From Eledone cirrhosa (lineage: Eukaryota): a stretch of DNA of 64,000 nt. The translations under genes were made by a program, and so were the position numbers. Where the stretch lies: positions 17,670,001-17,734,000 of the forward strand of contig OZ024759.1 of the NCBI GenBank assembly GCA_964016885.1. Direction: 5' to 3'. Within the stretch, counting starts at the first letter, position 1; every line of letters starts with the position of its first letter. The notes beneath the pieces were generated by a model. The model made no database searches, was not told where the DNA came from, and saw only the letters and a program-made list of their open reading frames with translations. This document shows positions 1 to 14,380 of the stretch, piece by piece.

Positions 1-8
1 GATGTGTG

Positions 9-43
<35 letters not shown>

Positions 44-56
44 GTATGTATGCATT

Positions 57-101
<45 letters not shown>

Positions 102-343
102 ATGTATTTGTGTGTATGTATGTATGCATTTGTGTGTATGTATGTATGCATTTGTGTGTATATATATGCATTTGTGTGTGTGTATATATATATATATGCA
201 TTTGTGTGTATATATGTATGCATTTTTGTGTGTATATATATATGTATGCATTTTTGTGTGTGTATATATATATATGTATGCATTTTTGTGTGTATATATA
301 TGTGTGTATGTGTTTGTATATATATGTGTGTGTGTGTGTGTAG

Positions 344-384
<41 letters not shown>

Positions 385-385
385 A
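1..385. repeat. Compound (TA)n/(TG)n/(TATG)n microsatellite with a recurring TATGCATTT motif
   Basis: Directly visible; overlapping ORFs are repeat translations. Confidence 0.95.
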
Positions 386-711
386 ATGAAAGTATAGAAA
401 TTATTGTGAGCGTGAAGCCAACAGTATTTCATAACATATAAGTGACTATATAGATGCACTTACATATATAGATGCACTTGCATATATAGATGCACTTACA
501 CACACATCAGAATGAAAATAGAATCTGTGTGTGTGTAATATATGTATATATATATATAATACACACACACACGCATACACATATATATATACTCACATAA
601 ACACACACACATTACACATAGGGAGAGATTATAGAATAGTCTGTTGCATACACATACAAAAAATGACATGCAAATACTCCTATCCACACATGCTTACATA
701 TACATTCTCTG

Positions 712-768
<57 letters not shown>

Positions 769-817
769 CTCTCTCTCTCTCTCATATAAGCGTAACTATA
801 TATATATATAGTTTATA

Positions 818-1253
818 GTTTTAGGGAACTGCTTCCTCTGCTGATGAAGAAGTGTTTCTCCCTGCGTACGAAATGCCGGTTGTATGATGCCTGTGTGAGG
901 AGCGCGATGCTGCATGGTAGTGAGACATGGGCAGCAACATGTGTTGAGAGAGAAACTGTCTCTGAGAGGGATAGAATGTAGTGTACGGGAGAGGAGACTG
1001 AGCTGGTATGGACATGTGATGCGCATGGAGGATGACCGATGGGTGAAGAAGTGCCAGGAAATGCCAGTTGAAGGAAGACGTGGTAGAGGTAGACCACGAA
1101 AAACATGGGCGGAGGTGGTGAAAACAGACCTCAGATCGCTGAAGCTCACGGTGGAGATGACGAAGGACCGTGACGAGTGGAGAGATGCTGTGCTGAATAA
1201 GACCTGTCCCACCCTTGCGAGCAGGGAAGAGTGGACGTAAATTGATGATGATT
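818..1253 (+). mobile_element. RTE-clade LINE, 5'-truncated 3' fragment with an internal deletion and (GAT)n tail
   Basis: Reads FRELLPLL...LYDACVRSAMLHGSETWA, then (ORF 914-1240) RRLSWYGHVMRM...EGRRGRGRPRKTW...DRDEWR, the typical RTE ORF C-terminus; ends CCCTTGCGAGCAGGG...GGACGTAAATTGATGATGA. Confidence 0.9.
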
Positions 1254-1365
1254 ATGTGCACACACACACACACGGAGTTTCCCAACCCAAGCACACATGC
1301 ATGAAAATATCAAAGCAACTTCAGGCACAAATACACGGAAATATATGTATAAATAACCATGTGTG

Positions 1366-1406
<41 letters not shown>

Positions 1407-1482
1407 ACACATATATTGTGCATGCATGCACTGACAACACTATGCTATTTATATAAAATATCTTTGAGCAATTCCTACTGAC

Positions 1483-1820
1483 TGTGTGTGTGTTAGTATT
1501 TACCTCTTAGTTGATGTGTGTATGTGTATATATATGTGTGTGTGTGTGCGTTCGTGTTTACCTCTTAGTTAATGTGTGTATGTGTATATATGTGTGTGTG
1601 TATGTGTTAGTGTTTACCTCTTAGTTGATGTGTGTATGTGTATATATATGTGTGTGTGTGTGTGTGTGTGCTAGTGTTTACCTCTTAGTTGATGTGTGTA
1701 TGTGTATATATGTGTGTGTGTTAGTGTTTACCTCTTAGTTGATGTGTGTATGTGTATATATGTGTGTGTGTGTTAGTGTTTACCTCTTAGTTGATGTGTG
1801 TATGTGTTAGTATTTACCTG
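1483..1820. repeat. Minisatellite, ~6 units: constant GTTTACCTCTTAGTTGATGTGTGTATGTG plus variable (TA)/(TG) tract
   Basis: Directly visible tandem units of about 50-70 bp. Confidence 0.9.
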
Positions 1821-1995
1821 TTAATTGTATTTCTCGGTATCGTTATGTATATATATGTATGTATGTGTGTGTGTGTGCATATACTTTTTATGTTTACCCG
1901 TTAGATCTCTCTCTCTCTCCATATATACATACATACACACACACATATATATATATATGCACACATTCTCTCTCTCACACACTCACACACACATA

Positions 1996-2030
<35 letters not shown>

Positions 2031-2084
2031 TACTCTTTTACCTGTTCCAGCCATCCGGCTGAGGCCATGCTGAGGCACCGCCCT

Positions 2085-2123
<39 letters not shown>

Positions 2124-2135
2124 ATAAATATAGTA

Positions 2136-2166
<31 letters not shown>

Positions 2167-2185
2167 GTAATAAATATAGTAATAA

Positions 2186-2220
<35 letters not shown>

Positions 2221-3146
2221 GAGATTTTGTTTTTTGGGGTATTACTGCCCACCCACCCCTCCCTCCCTACCTCATTCTTCTGACACCCCACTTCACCCTC
2301 CACTACACCAACCCACCTCCTGCTCGCCCCACACCTCCTCCTCCTTTCACACTTTAGCTATATATTTTTTCTTTTTTCATTCTGTTCCACTGTCTATCCC
2401 TCCTTCTCCACCCTCCACATTAATGTAGAAAAAAAAAAAAACTACAACAAAAAAAAATAAAAGGCAATAAAATCAATGGAGCGCATCCTGAGTCAGATTT
2501 CTACAATAGATTGTTGATTGGTTGATCCGTTAAAGAAATGGTAACATGTGGTAGCTACAATGGACCAATCATTTCACTCTGACATACACTTTGAATTTCT
2601 TTGCTGAGAGATTCGGCATTCATGCGAGTTTACTACTGTATTAAAGAAATATTGTTATTCTATAAAATTTTCCTCTGTCTTTCTCTCATATTCCTTTGTA
2701 TTCTCCCAGTCTTTTATTCTTTTACCAATTTCAGTCATTAGATTACGGCCATGCTGGAGCATTACCATAAAGAGATTTTTTTTTTTTTCTCAATTGTATC
2801 AACCATAATACATATTTTATTTACCATTGCTCTTTTTTCTTGTTTTTTTTTCCATGTCTGATATTCTGGTATTTATTTTATTGATGTCATTTGTTTTTTT
2901 TATTTTGTGTCGAACTGCTAAGTCACTTGACATATACGTGGACATGAAAACATCTGCATGTATGCACAAGAAGGTGTGATAGATCTGTTGTATCAAAACT
3001 GATAATATGGAGTTGCATAACCACTATTGATTAAGCTCTAAATCAGTCTATCATGGTCAATGTACCTTCTAAAATGATCGTAAAACCACAAACAAATTAA
3101 GCATCAAACTTCACCTCATATTTTTTATTCTTCAACACACTCACTT

Positions 3147-3183
<37 letters not shown>

Positions 3184-3186
3184 TAT

Positions 3187-3578
3187 ATCATCATCATCAC
3201 CGTTTTACGTCTGTTCTTCCACGCTAGCATGGGTTAGACGGGTTGTCCTGTTGTGGGCAGTGTCCGGTCGGCTGACCTTGGCTTGCTCATACGGGAACTG
3301 ATTTTGGCTTGATTGCTACAGCTGGATGCCCTTCCTAACACCAACCTCATTTACAGTGAGTGCTGGGTGCTTTTTTTGACGTGGCACCTCCACGACCACT
3401 TTGCAGTGGAATGATAGGGACCCCAGTCCCTATCATCTTGTTTCTACAGCTGAGTAAACTGGAGCAACGTGAAATAAAGTGTCTTGCTCAAGGAAACAAC
3501 ACATCACCCTGTCCGAGAATTGAACTCACAACCTTTCGATTGCAAGCCCAATGCTCTAACCACTAAGCCACGTGCCTT
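3187..3578 (-). mobile_element. tRNA-derived SINE, family A, near full length, RTE-like 3' tail
   Basis: Minus strand starts AAGGCACGTGGCTTAGTGGTTAGAGC (A box), GAGTTCAATTC (B box), central TCCTTGAGCAAGACACTT, ends CCCATGCTAGCGTGGAAGAACAGACGTAAAAC plus (GAT)n; other copies near 39.5k, 58.9k and 59.4k. Confidence 0.88.
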
Positions 3579-3839
3579 CACACACACACACACACATATA
3601 TATATGTGCTATACAGTGTTGTTTGACTTTATATGTTTGTATTACCAACTCATTTAAAGTCTTTTATATATATCATCATCATCATCACCATTTAATGTCA
3701 TCCAGAACTGATATATATATATATATATATAGTGCGTGTATTTATTTATATAATTATATATAAGGGCGGTGCCCCAGCATGATCTCAGCTAGATGGCTGG
3801 AACAGGTAAAAGAGAATAAAAGAGATAGACATACATATA

Positions 3840-3982
3840 ACATGCTTCTGCAGTTTCCCCTGACCAAATCCACAAGTTATTGGTCAACCCAAGGCTGTAG
3901 TAGACAACACTTCTGAAGGAACCTAAAAACTCCACGTGGTTGCGATGTGATCTTCTTAACCAGACAGCCATGCCTGCCTCTA
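3840..3982 (-). mobile_element. Old, diverged tRNA-derived SINE (related copy at 36490-36660, + strand)
   Basis: Head GGCATGGCTGTCTGGTTAAG and body GGATTTGGT..GGAAACTG shared with the 36.5k copy. Confidence 0.5.
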
Positions 3983-4568
3983 TCAAACAATGTTTGCATA
4001 TTTTTTGGCCCTAGGCAACTGCCATATCTATATTTGATCCCGTTCTTAAAGTTGTGATTCATTTATAAAACCTTTATTTACATCATGGTTAATTATTAGA
4101 AAGAAAATAATTTAAAGCACAAAAAAAATGTAACATAGATACAGGGGCCATAATGTAAGGGAAAGGGGTTATTTGATTAAATTGACCCTAGTATTTGACT
4201 GGTACTTTATTTTATCACCCCGTTCCCCAGTATTTCATGGGTACTTTATTTTATTAAGTCCAGTATGTAACTGGTACTTTATTTCATCGACCCAGTATTT
4301 TACTGGTACTTTAGTTTTCATGACCTTCAGTAATTAACTGGAATTTTGATTTTATCCCCCCCCCCCCCCCCCCCCCCCCCCAGTATTTCACTGGTACTTT
4401 ATTTTATGCAAATACTTTGTTACACTGGAAGAACATGTGTGGGTTTTCAATGAAAGCAGTCAGATAATTTAGCAAGGCCCAGGAAAGGTGACGAGTACTG
4501 CTATCTCTGGTGTGAGTTTGAACTTAACGTTAGAGGATGAAATTAAAGGCAGCCAAGATATCATCAAA

Positions 4569-4845
4569 CACATGTGCTATCCATGGCCACATGTGCCATT
4601 TGCAGCCACATGTCATTCATGACCACAAGTGCCATCCATGGCCATGTGTGGAATTTTAGTGGGCTGATTTGCCGTTCACTGACATATGTGGAAATTTGTG
4701 GCCACATGTGACATTTGTGGCCACATGTGACATTTGTGGCCACATGTGACATTTGTGGCCACCTGTGACATAATGTGACATTCGTGGTCACATGTGACAT
4801 TTGCAACCACATGTGACATTCATGGTTATTTTCCCCACATGTGCT
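4569..4845. repeat. 19-bp palindrome-rich minisatellite (TTTGTGGCCACATGTGACA)n with degenerate flanks
   Basis: Clean copies from 4694; CACATGTG recurs throughout. Confidence 0.9.
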
Positions 4846-4911
4846 ACACCACTGCTCTTATAACAATAACAACAACAACTAAAAAATGAAAAAAAAAAAT
4901 ATGAAGGTATT

Positions 4912-5150
4912 TCACCCCTTTGATTCCAAACTAAATGGTTCTATGGTACCAAACTGCTCCTGCTTCATATAAAAAATCTTCCATCATAATTTTATGCAAA
5001 GAATTTTGTTACGTTATGTTGCAAACATCAGATTAATAACGAGAAAGTTATTTATATTACTAACTCGCTCCAAATTCTTGATTATTTTAAAAATCATTTA
5101 GAAATGAAAGGCAGTGTTTTTCATTAGAAATATGGTGATAAAAGGGTTAA
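4912..5150. mobile_element. piggyBac-like MITE, family 2 (degenerate)
   Basis: Ends AAAGGG|TTAA; right part matches the reverse complement of 8649-8757 (TTAA|CCCTTT...); left part resembles 60404-60500 and 54960-55067. Confidence 0.55.
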
Positions 5151-6295
5151 AAAAGAAACCTGGTTTAAGATGAAAAAGATCAAAACCCAGCATGATATGA
5201 AATAATTGAAAGAGCAATGAGTTATATGATATGTGAGTGTGTGTGTGTGTGTGTGTGTGTTTGTGTGTGTGCGTGCCCACATACACACATATAAAACCAA
5301 GTAATTTCTTTACTTTAAGTTGTTTAGAAACACTCAGGACAGCCCTGCCCGTGAGAAGATTTAGAATCAAAGGCATTCTAGTTCTGCCCATCACCTCTTT
5401 AAGTATCACATGGTATATATATATCTAGAACTACTTTATTTAATGTGTCCTTTTTTTCTCTCCCCCTTTTTTAAAAATAAAAATGATAGCAGCATGTATG
5501 ATTTGAGGGAGATGTGGCTGCTGTTTCTAGCCTGCTGTTGACCACATAAACACACCCTTATTGTTTTGAGGTGATGTTTTTGTTAGACTACTGTAGAAAG
5601 CAGTCAAGAGTGCTTTTGAAATTATATATAAATATACATACATATATATATATATATACACACACACATTTATACAAAGAATGGTGTGCTCATGTGCTGA
5701 GATGCTATAAAATAGCTTATAATATAGGGTATCTGGGTGATGTGGGGTTCGATTCCTCATGCTGCCAAAGGCAACTCCTTTTTCCATCTTTAAGGGCCTT
5801 CACCATATATCTTAAGCTATTTAATAGCATCTCAATTAATTCTCAGTTAATGAGCACTCCATTCTTTATATTAACTTTATTCCTTCAGCACTTCCTAAAA
5901 GCCTGAGTGATCTGCTTTGTATACACTGTGTTTATTGGAATATATCTATATATATATATAATTATTATTTAACAGTTTAAGAAAGACAAATTGCTTTCGC
6001 CCTTTTTTCACTATTTTCAGAAACTGAGATTTTCTTCAAACTGTACATAAAAAAATAATTATTTCAAAATGTATTTATAATTATTATATATCCTTCTATC
6101 TCTCTCTCTATACATATATATGATCATCATCATCATTGTTATATATATATATACACACACACACACACATGCACACACACATACACACACATGTATACAC
6201 ACATAATGTATATATTTACATGTATATCAATCATCATCTTTATATATACATATATTTATATATATATGTATACACACATATACAGATATATATCG

Positions 6296-6450
6296 TTATC
6301 ATCTTCATCATCATTTCCCATGCTTGTGCATGGGCTGGATTAGGCCCTTTCCAGCACATCGTCCCTTCACATGTTGCTGTTGCATTCCTTTGTCATCTCC
6401 TCTGTGGGACCCAGTGCTTTGAGATCCTCTCTCACCACCTCTTCTTCCTA
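6296..6450 (-). mobile_element. Degenerate RTE LINE 3' tip
   Basis: Reverse complement resembles 1100-1250, including the (GAT)n tail. Confidence 0.6.
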
Positions 6451-6479
6451 GATTCTTCTTTAGCTATTCTCGATTGCAG

Positions 6480-6587
6480 CCACATGTGTGCTCACACACT
6501 CACACACACACACTCACTCACACACACACACTCGCACACACACACTCACACACACTCACTCACTCACACATACTCACGCACACTCAC

Positions 6588-6621
<34 letters not shown>

Positions 6622-6650
6622 ACACTCACTCACACACACACACACACTCA

Positions 6651-6685
<35 letters not shown>

Positions 6686-6818
6686 TCACACATACACACA
6701 CACATACACACACACACACTCACACTCACACACTCACTCACACATACGCACTCACACACACATACACTCACACACACACACTCACACACACAGAAGCACA
6801 CACATGCACACATACACT
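6480..6818. repeat. (CA)n/(CACT) microsatellite
   Basis: Directly visible. Confidence 0.95.
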
Positions 6819-6894
6819 TCTCAATAGAAAATTGAAATGAAAACCTCTTGCCATGCTGGCTGACTGGACAAGCATTTAAAGGATGATGATGATG

Positions 6895-9800
6895 ATATAG
6901 GCTCAAGGCCACAATTTTTGGAAGGAGAATGTTGATTAAATCAACCCCCAGTGTGTTACTGGTACTCTATTTTATCACCCCCCCCCCCCCCCGCCGATAA
7001 TGGCAAATTTGAACTCAGAATGTAAAGAGCTGTAACTCTACAACGTGAAGCATGTTGTCTGATGCTCTACTGATTCTTCCAATCCATTCTGATGATAATA
7101 ATAATAATAATTGTTTCTACTAAGGCACAAGGCCAGCAATTACCCCAGTGCATTACTGGTACTTTATTTTTTATCGACCCCGTAAGGATGAAAGGCAAAG
7201 TCAATATAATAATAATTGTTTCTACTTTTGGCACAAGGCCAGCAATTACCCCAGTGCATTACTGGTACTTTATTTTTTATCGACCCCGTAAGGATGAAAG
7301 GCAAAGTCAATATAATAATAATTGTTTCTACTAAGGCACAAGGCCAGCAATTTGAACGGGAGGGGAAAGTCAATTAAATCAACCCCAATGCATTACTGGT
7401 ACCTTATTTTATTGACCTCGTAAGGATGAAAGCCAAAGCTAACCTCGGCAGGATTTGAACTCAGAACGTAAAGGGCTGTAACTAAAAGCCACAAAGTATG
7501 TTGACAGACACCCTAATGATTCTGTCCATCTACCACAAATATACCATTAATAATAATAATAATTTCTGATTTAGACACAAGGCCTGCAATCCTGGGAGGA
7601 GGGGAAAGTCGATTAAATCGACCCCCAGTGCATTACTGGTACTTTATTTATCAACCCCATTATAATGAAAGGTAATAATCGTTTCTACTTTTGGCACAAG
7701 GCCAGCAAATTACCCAAGTGTATTACTGGTACTTTATTTTATCGACCCCGTAAGGATGAAAGGCAAAGTTAACCTCGGCGGGATTTGAACTCAGATCGTA
7801 AAGGGACGTAACTCTGTGCTGCAAAGCATGGCGTCCAACCCTCTACCGATACTGCCAATCCACCGCCTTGAAATGAAAAGTAATAATAATTGTTTCTACT
7901 TTTTGGCACAAGGCCAGCAATTATACCAGTACATTACTGGTACTTTATTTTATCGACCCCGTAAGGATGAAAGGCAAAGTTAACCTCGGTGGGATTTGAA
8001 CTCAGAAATACATTTTATTGTTATTTTATTGTCATACTATCATTTTAGCACCAAACAACTACTTTTAAACAAACTTATAATTTTCTTGTGTTTTGCCAGA
8101 TATTTTCTAGGATATTTTCTAATACTACAGAATTAAAACACAAAAATCTGTCACCAAACTACATTCTTCCCCTCAAAACCTAGCAGTTATCAAGCATCAT
8201 AGTCATAATGCCCTCTTGGAATTTGAACTGAGGACGTAAAGGGCCTTAACTCTCTGCTGCAAAGCATGTTGTCCGGTGCTCTAATAATGGTTTCTGATTT
8301 AGACACAAAGCTAACAATTTTGTTGGGGTGCGAAAGGGTGTCATATTGAGACTAGAACTTGGTGAGATTTGAACCTGGAACAAATGCCACAAAGTATTTT
8401 GTTCGTTACTCTAACTACTACTGTAGGTTTTTAAATTAGACCCAAAAGCAGTAACTTTCTTTTGGTGGTGGTGATGAGGAATGATGGGTGTGAAATCGAT
8501 TAAATTGACCCCAGTATTTGACTGGTATTTTACTAAATCGATCGTCACCCCTCGTGATACAAAAATACAAACACAAAAGAGTAGGGGATTTTACTTAGGG
8601 GGATAAAATAGTAAAATCAATAATAATAATAATAATAGTAAAAGCACATTAACCCTTTAATTACTATATCTCTTATGAAAGGCAGTGCCTATAATTTTGA
8701 AAAATAATCAAGAATTGAGAGGGATTTAGTAATAATGTAAATAACTTTCTCATTAATATGGTGGTACGTATATTTTTGAAACTCCTTCACCCCTGGGGAA
8801 AAAGAACAGCAAAGTTGGCTTCAGTGGGATTTGAACTCATCTCATAAAATACCAGTAGAACAGATGCAGCAATACCGTGAAAGCATTCTGTTCAGAACAC
8901 ACACTTCTGCATGGCATTTTGTCCAAAACTCTACTGATTCTGGAAATTCTAATGAATTATTGATTCTAAACATAGGTATCGAGCCAAAAATGTGTTGGCT
9001 GTGAGGGGTTAATCTATTTAAATACTGACTGGTACTTTCAATTACTGATCACCCCTTACTGTACCCTCAGGAGCAATGAAAGAACAGTGATTTGATAATA
9101 TTGATGATGATAATAGAAATGATAACTTTTGATTTAGGCACAAAGCCGTAAGTTTGGAGAGGAGATAGTCTATTAAATCAACCCATTGGTACATTATTTT
9201 GTCCATCACCTTGCCACCTGGAAGTATGAAAGGCCCAAATTTGACTTTGGTGAGATTTGAACTCAGAAACTAAAGATCGACTCAACATCGTTAATTGTTT
9301 CTACGTTTGGCACAAGGCCAGCAATTGCCCCAGTGTGTTACTGGTACTTTATTTTATCGACTCCATAAGGATGAAAGGCAAAGTTAACCTGGGCGAGATG
9401 ATGGTGTCTAATTAAGGGACAAGGCCAGAAACTTTAGTTGGCAGTGTGGGAATGGAAGGAAAGTTTGTGAAACAGATCCCAGCATGTGACAGGTGCTTTA
9501 TTCTAACAACCCTTGGCAGTATGAAAGACCAAGCAAAAAGTTGAATCCCGATGGGATATTTTGGGATATTTATTTCTTAAAAAGTAAAGACCCCCACCAA
9601 CACCACCACCACAACCAACAACAACAACAACACCACCACCAACACCACCACCACCAGTAATAATTATGATGATGATAAGTGTTTCTAATTTTGGCACATA
9701 CTCAGTAGTTTGAAGAGAAGGAAGAAATTTGGTCATATTGACTCCAGTGTATTACTGGTACCTTATTTTATCGACCCCCGTAAGGATGAAAGATTAAGCT

Positions 9801-10027
9801 AACCTCGGCAGGATTTGAACTTGGAATGTAAATGCTGTAACTATATGTCACAAAGCATGCCGTCTGATGCTCTACCGAAACAGCGTAGCCACTGCCAGCA
9901 ATAATAATAATAATAATAATTCTTTCTACTTTAGGCACAAGGCCAGCAATTACCCAGTGCCTTACTGGTACTTTATTTTATCGACCCCGTAAGGATGAAA
10001 GGCAAAGTCAACCTCGGCGGGACTTGA

Positions 10028-10062
<35 letters not shown>

Positions 10063-10275
10063 GTTTCTGATTTAGGCACAAGGCCAGCAATTTAGGGGGG
10101 GCGGGAAAGTTGATTATATCAACCCCAGTGCATTACTGGTACTTTATTTTATCGAACCCCTCCCCCCGTAAGGATGAAAGGCAAAGTTAACCTCGGCGGG
10201 ATTTGAACTCAGAACGTAATGGGCCATAACTCTATGCTGCAAAGCACGGCGTCCGATCCTCTACAAATACTGCCA
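6895..10275 (-). mobile_element. Dense co-oriented cluster of SINE family B copies and fragments (more than ten)
   Basis: Repeated + strand string AATTGTTTCTAC..GGCACAAGGCCAGCAAT..CCCAGTGCATTACTGGTACTTTATTTTATCGACCCCGTAAGGATGAAAGGCAAAGTTAACCTCGGCGGGATTTGAACTCAG; minus strand has A box TGGCAGTATCGG, B box GAGTTCAAATCC and an (ATT)n tail. Confidence 0.9.
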
Positions 10276-10504
10276 AAAAATAATAACCATTGCATATAGT
10301 AATGCTTGTATTATTAATTGTAATAGTAATATTGACCTTGAAATTCTGTAAGAAACTTTACGCACATATTTACTCCCGCTGAGAAAGTACAAAAAATACA
10401 AAAAAAAAAAACGAAACAAAGGAAAAAAAAAACATACATGAAGTAAGAAAAAAAAAAGTAAAAATGTTGGAAAGAAATACTTACTTTTGGAATAAGTTGT
10501 CACA

Positions 10505-10713
10505 CTGTATACACATGTAGTATGTATATGAACATGTGTATATATTTATATATGTGTATATAGGTGTATATATTTAAACATATGCGTTTATACTTTTGAA
10601 ATTAGTTGTCACACTCTATGCATGTGTGTGTATGTATATAAACATATACATACATACACATATATGTATGTACGTTTATATATATGTATTTTATGTATGT
10701 ATGTGTATATATA

Positions 10714-10762
<49 letters not shown>

Positions 10763-10829
10763 TATATGTATGTATGTATGTATATGTATGTATTATATAT
10801 ATGATACATACATACATATATATATATAG

Positions 10830-10860
<31 letters not shown>

Positions 10861-10931
10861 ATATATATGTATGTAACTATATATCAATATATATATGTAT
10901 TTATATATATGTAACTATATATCAATATATA

Positions 10932-10970
<39 letters not shown>

Positions 10971-11003
10971 CTATATATCAATACATGTGTATGTATATAT
11001 ATG

Positions 11004-11045
<42 letters not shown>

Positions 11046-11171
11046 TTTATATGTATGTACGTGTTTATGATTCAGCCAGGTGAGAATAATCTTGCTTTTC
11101 TTTTTCCTCAAGAACAGAAAAAAAAAAAAAAAAATTTAAAGAATAAACAATATATATATATATATAAATAT

Positions 11172-11204
<33 letters not shown>

Positions 11205-11533
11205 TATACACACAAAAGCAAATAGTAGTGTAAAAACTGAAGTTGAACGCTAGTAATATGCTGGTTAGGTACCAATAATCCGTTTTATAGTGGGAGTGGT
11301 GTACTAGTTGTGGTGGTCATGGCTGTATTGGTTCTTTTTAGTTACGGTTGTGATGTTTATCATCGTGATAGTAGCAGAAGACCTGTAGCATCAGCAGCAG
11401 CAATAGCAGCAGCATTAGTAGTAATAGTTATAGTACTAATGATAGTAGTAGTGGTGGTGGTGGTGGTGGTGGTGGTGGTAGTAGTAGAAATTAATTAAAT
11501 TTTAGTTGGACTTTTTTTTGCTGTTGCTGTTGC

Positions 11534-11600
<67 letters not shown>

Positions 11601-12307
11601 AAAAGTTGAATGTTCAAGTATCTCTGTTGATTGGTGACTCTCTCTCTCTCTCTCTGACTCTCTCTCTCTCTCTCTCACCTCATCTCTCTGACTCTCTCTC
11701 TCTCTCTCTCTCTCTCACCTCATCTCTCTGACTCTCTCTCTCTCACCTCATCTCTCTGACTCTCTCTCTCTAACTCTCTCTCTCTCACACCCCATCTCTC
11801 TAACTCTCTCTCTCACACCCCATCTCTCTGACTCTCTCTCTCTCTCACACCCCATCTCTCTCTCTCTCTCACCCCATCTCTCTCTCTCTCTCACACCCCA
11901 TCTCTCTGACTCTCTCTCTTTCTCTCTCGCACCCCATCTCTCTCTGATTCTCTCTCTTACACCCCATCTCTTTGACTCTCTCTCTCACTCACACCATCTG
12001 TATCTCTCTCTCTCACTCATACCCCCATCTCTCTCTCTCTCTCTCTCTCCCTCTTTCTCTCTCTCTTTCACTCTCTCTCTCTCTCTCACACACACCCCAT
12101 CTCTCTGACTCTCTCTCACACCCCATCTCTCTGACTCTCTCTCACTCACACCCCATCTCTCTTGCTCTCTCTCCCTCCAACTCATACCTCATCTCTCTGC
12201 CTCTTTCTCTCTCTCTCATACCTCATCTCTCTCACCCTTCCACCCTACCTTATCCTCTCTACCTCATCCTCTCTCTTACCTACCTATATATTTATATATT
12301 GAATATG

Positions 12308-12344
<37 letters not shown>

Positions 12345-12534
12345 AATATATATATATGTGTAATATATATATATGTGTAATATATATATATATATGTGTA
12401 ATATATATATATATATGTGTAATATATATATATATATATATGTGTATATATATATATATAATATATATAATCTTACCTATGTATCTACTTATATTTAGAA
12501 TATATATATATATATATAGGTGATTGTGTGTGTA

Positions 12535-12606
<72 letters not shown>

Positions 12607-12836
12607 ATGTAATTCACAATATAACAAAAAAGATTTACAAAGTTTTTTTTGGCTTCTTTATATTGTTTTTCTTGTATAATTTTTCTTTTTTTCACATGAC
12701 TTAGTAATGTTGATGTTGTTGTTGTTGTCATTGTTGCTGTCCTTGTTGTTGTTGTTGTTGTTTATTCCTTTCTGAATCACAGAAGATAACTAAGTTTACT
12801 TTCAGCAAATTTCTACATCCCATCTTAGCTTTTTAT

Positions 12837-12872
<36 letters not shown>

Positions 12873-13910
12873 TATGTATGTATGTATGTAGGTGTGTATG
12901 TATGAGTGTGTGTGTGTGTGTGTGAGTATGTATGTATGTATGTAGGTGTGTATGTATGAGTGTGTGTGTGTGTGTGTGCGAGTGCATGCATGTATGTGTG
13001 TGTATGTATGTATGTATGAGTGTGTATGTATGTATGTATGTATTTATGTATATATGAGTGTGTATATGTATGTATGTATGTATTTATGTATATATGAGTG
13101 TGTATATGTATGTATGTATGTATTTATGTATATGAGTGTGTATATGTATGTATGTATGTATTTATGTATATATGAGTGTGTATATGTATGTATGTATGTA
13201 TTTATGTATATATGAGTGTGTATATGTATGTATGTATGTATTTATGTATATATGAGTGTGTGTGTGTATGTATGTATGTATGTATTTACGGATGTATTTG
13301 TATTTGCATATGAATGCATGTATGAATGTGTCGTTTTATTTCTGTGTATGTATGTATGTGTGCGTTTGTATCTGTGCATGTATGTATGTGTGAATATGAG
13401 TGTGTGTGTATGTACTTACATATCTATGTGTAGTTACATATGAGTTATGTGTGTATGTGTGTCTTATTTCCATGTATGTATTTGTGTGTGTATGTATTTA
13501 CATATGTATGTATATGTATATATGTGTATCTATCTATGTATGTATATGTATGTATAATGTGTATGTATGCATGTGTGTGTATATATAAGATATGAATATA
13601 TAAATGATTAAGATATATATAAATTATGTATGAATGTATGATAAACTTAAATAAAACATTTAGAAACCCAAATAGATCTGTGTGTGTATCATCATCATCA
13701 TTATCATCATTATGTATGTGTGTGTGTGTATATATATATATATGTATGTATGTATATATATAGGTATGTATGTATGTATATATATATATAGGTATGTATG
13801 TATGTATATATATATATATATAGGTATGTATGTATGTATATATATATATAGGTATGTATGTATGTATATATATATATATATAGGTATGTATGTATATATA
13901 TATATATAGG

Positions 13911-13951
<41 letters not shown>

Positions 13952-14380
13952 CATTATTATTATTATTATATATATGTATATATATATATACATATATGTA
14001 TATATAGATATACATATATGTATATATAGATATACATATATGTATATATAGATATACATATATGTATATATAGATATACATATATGTATATATATATATA
14101 CATATATGTATATATATATATACATATATATAATAATAATAATAATGAAATATATATATAGATATACATATATATATACATAGATATACATATATATATA
14201 TAGATATACATATATATATATAGATATACATACATATATATATATAGTTATGTAATAAACAACATAAGATAATTATTTCATTTACCAGTTGTTTTTTGAA
14301 AGCATATATATATACATATATACATATATATATATATACATATATATATATACATATATACATATATATATATATTTATG
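10505..14380. repeat. Mosaic of (TA)n, (TATG)n, (GTT)n and (CT)n tracts with short unique islands
   Basis: Directly visible. Confidence 0.9.

Noticed and set aside
11071-11086. TTCAG|CCAG|GTGAGA as a microexon or splice donor
   Set aside because: Too short to distinguish from chance; no polypyrimidine tract upstream
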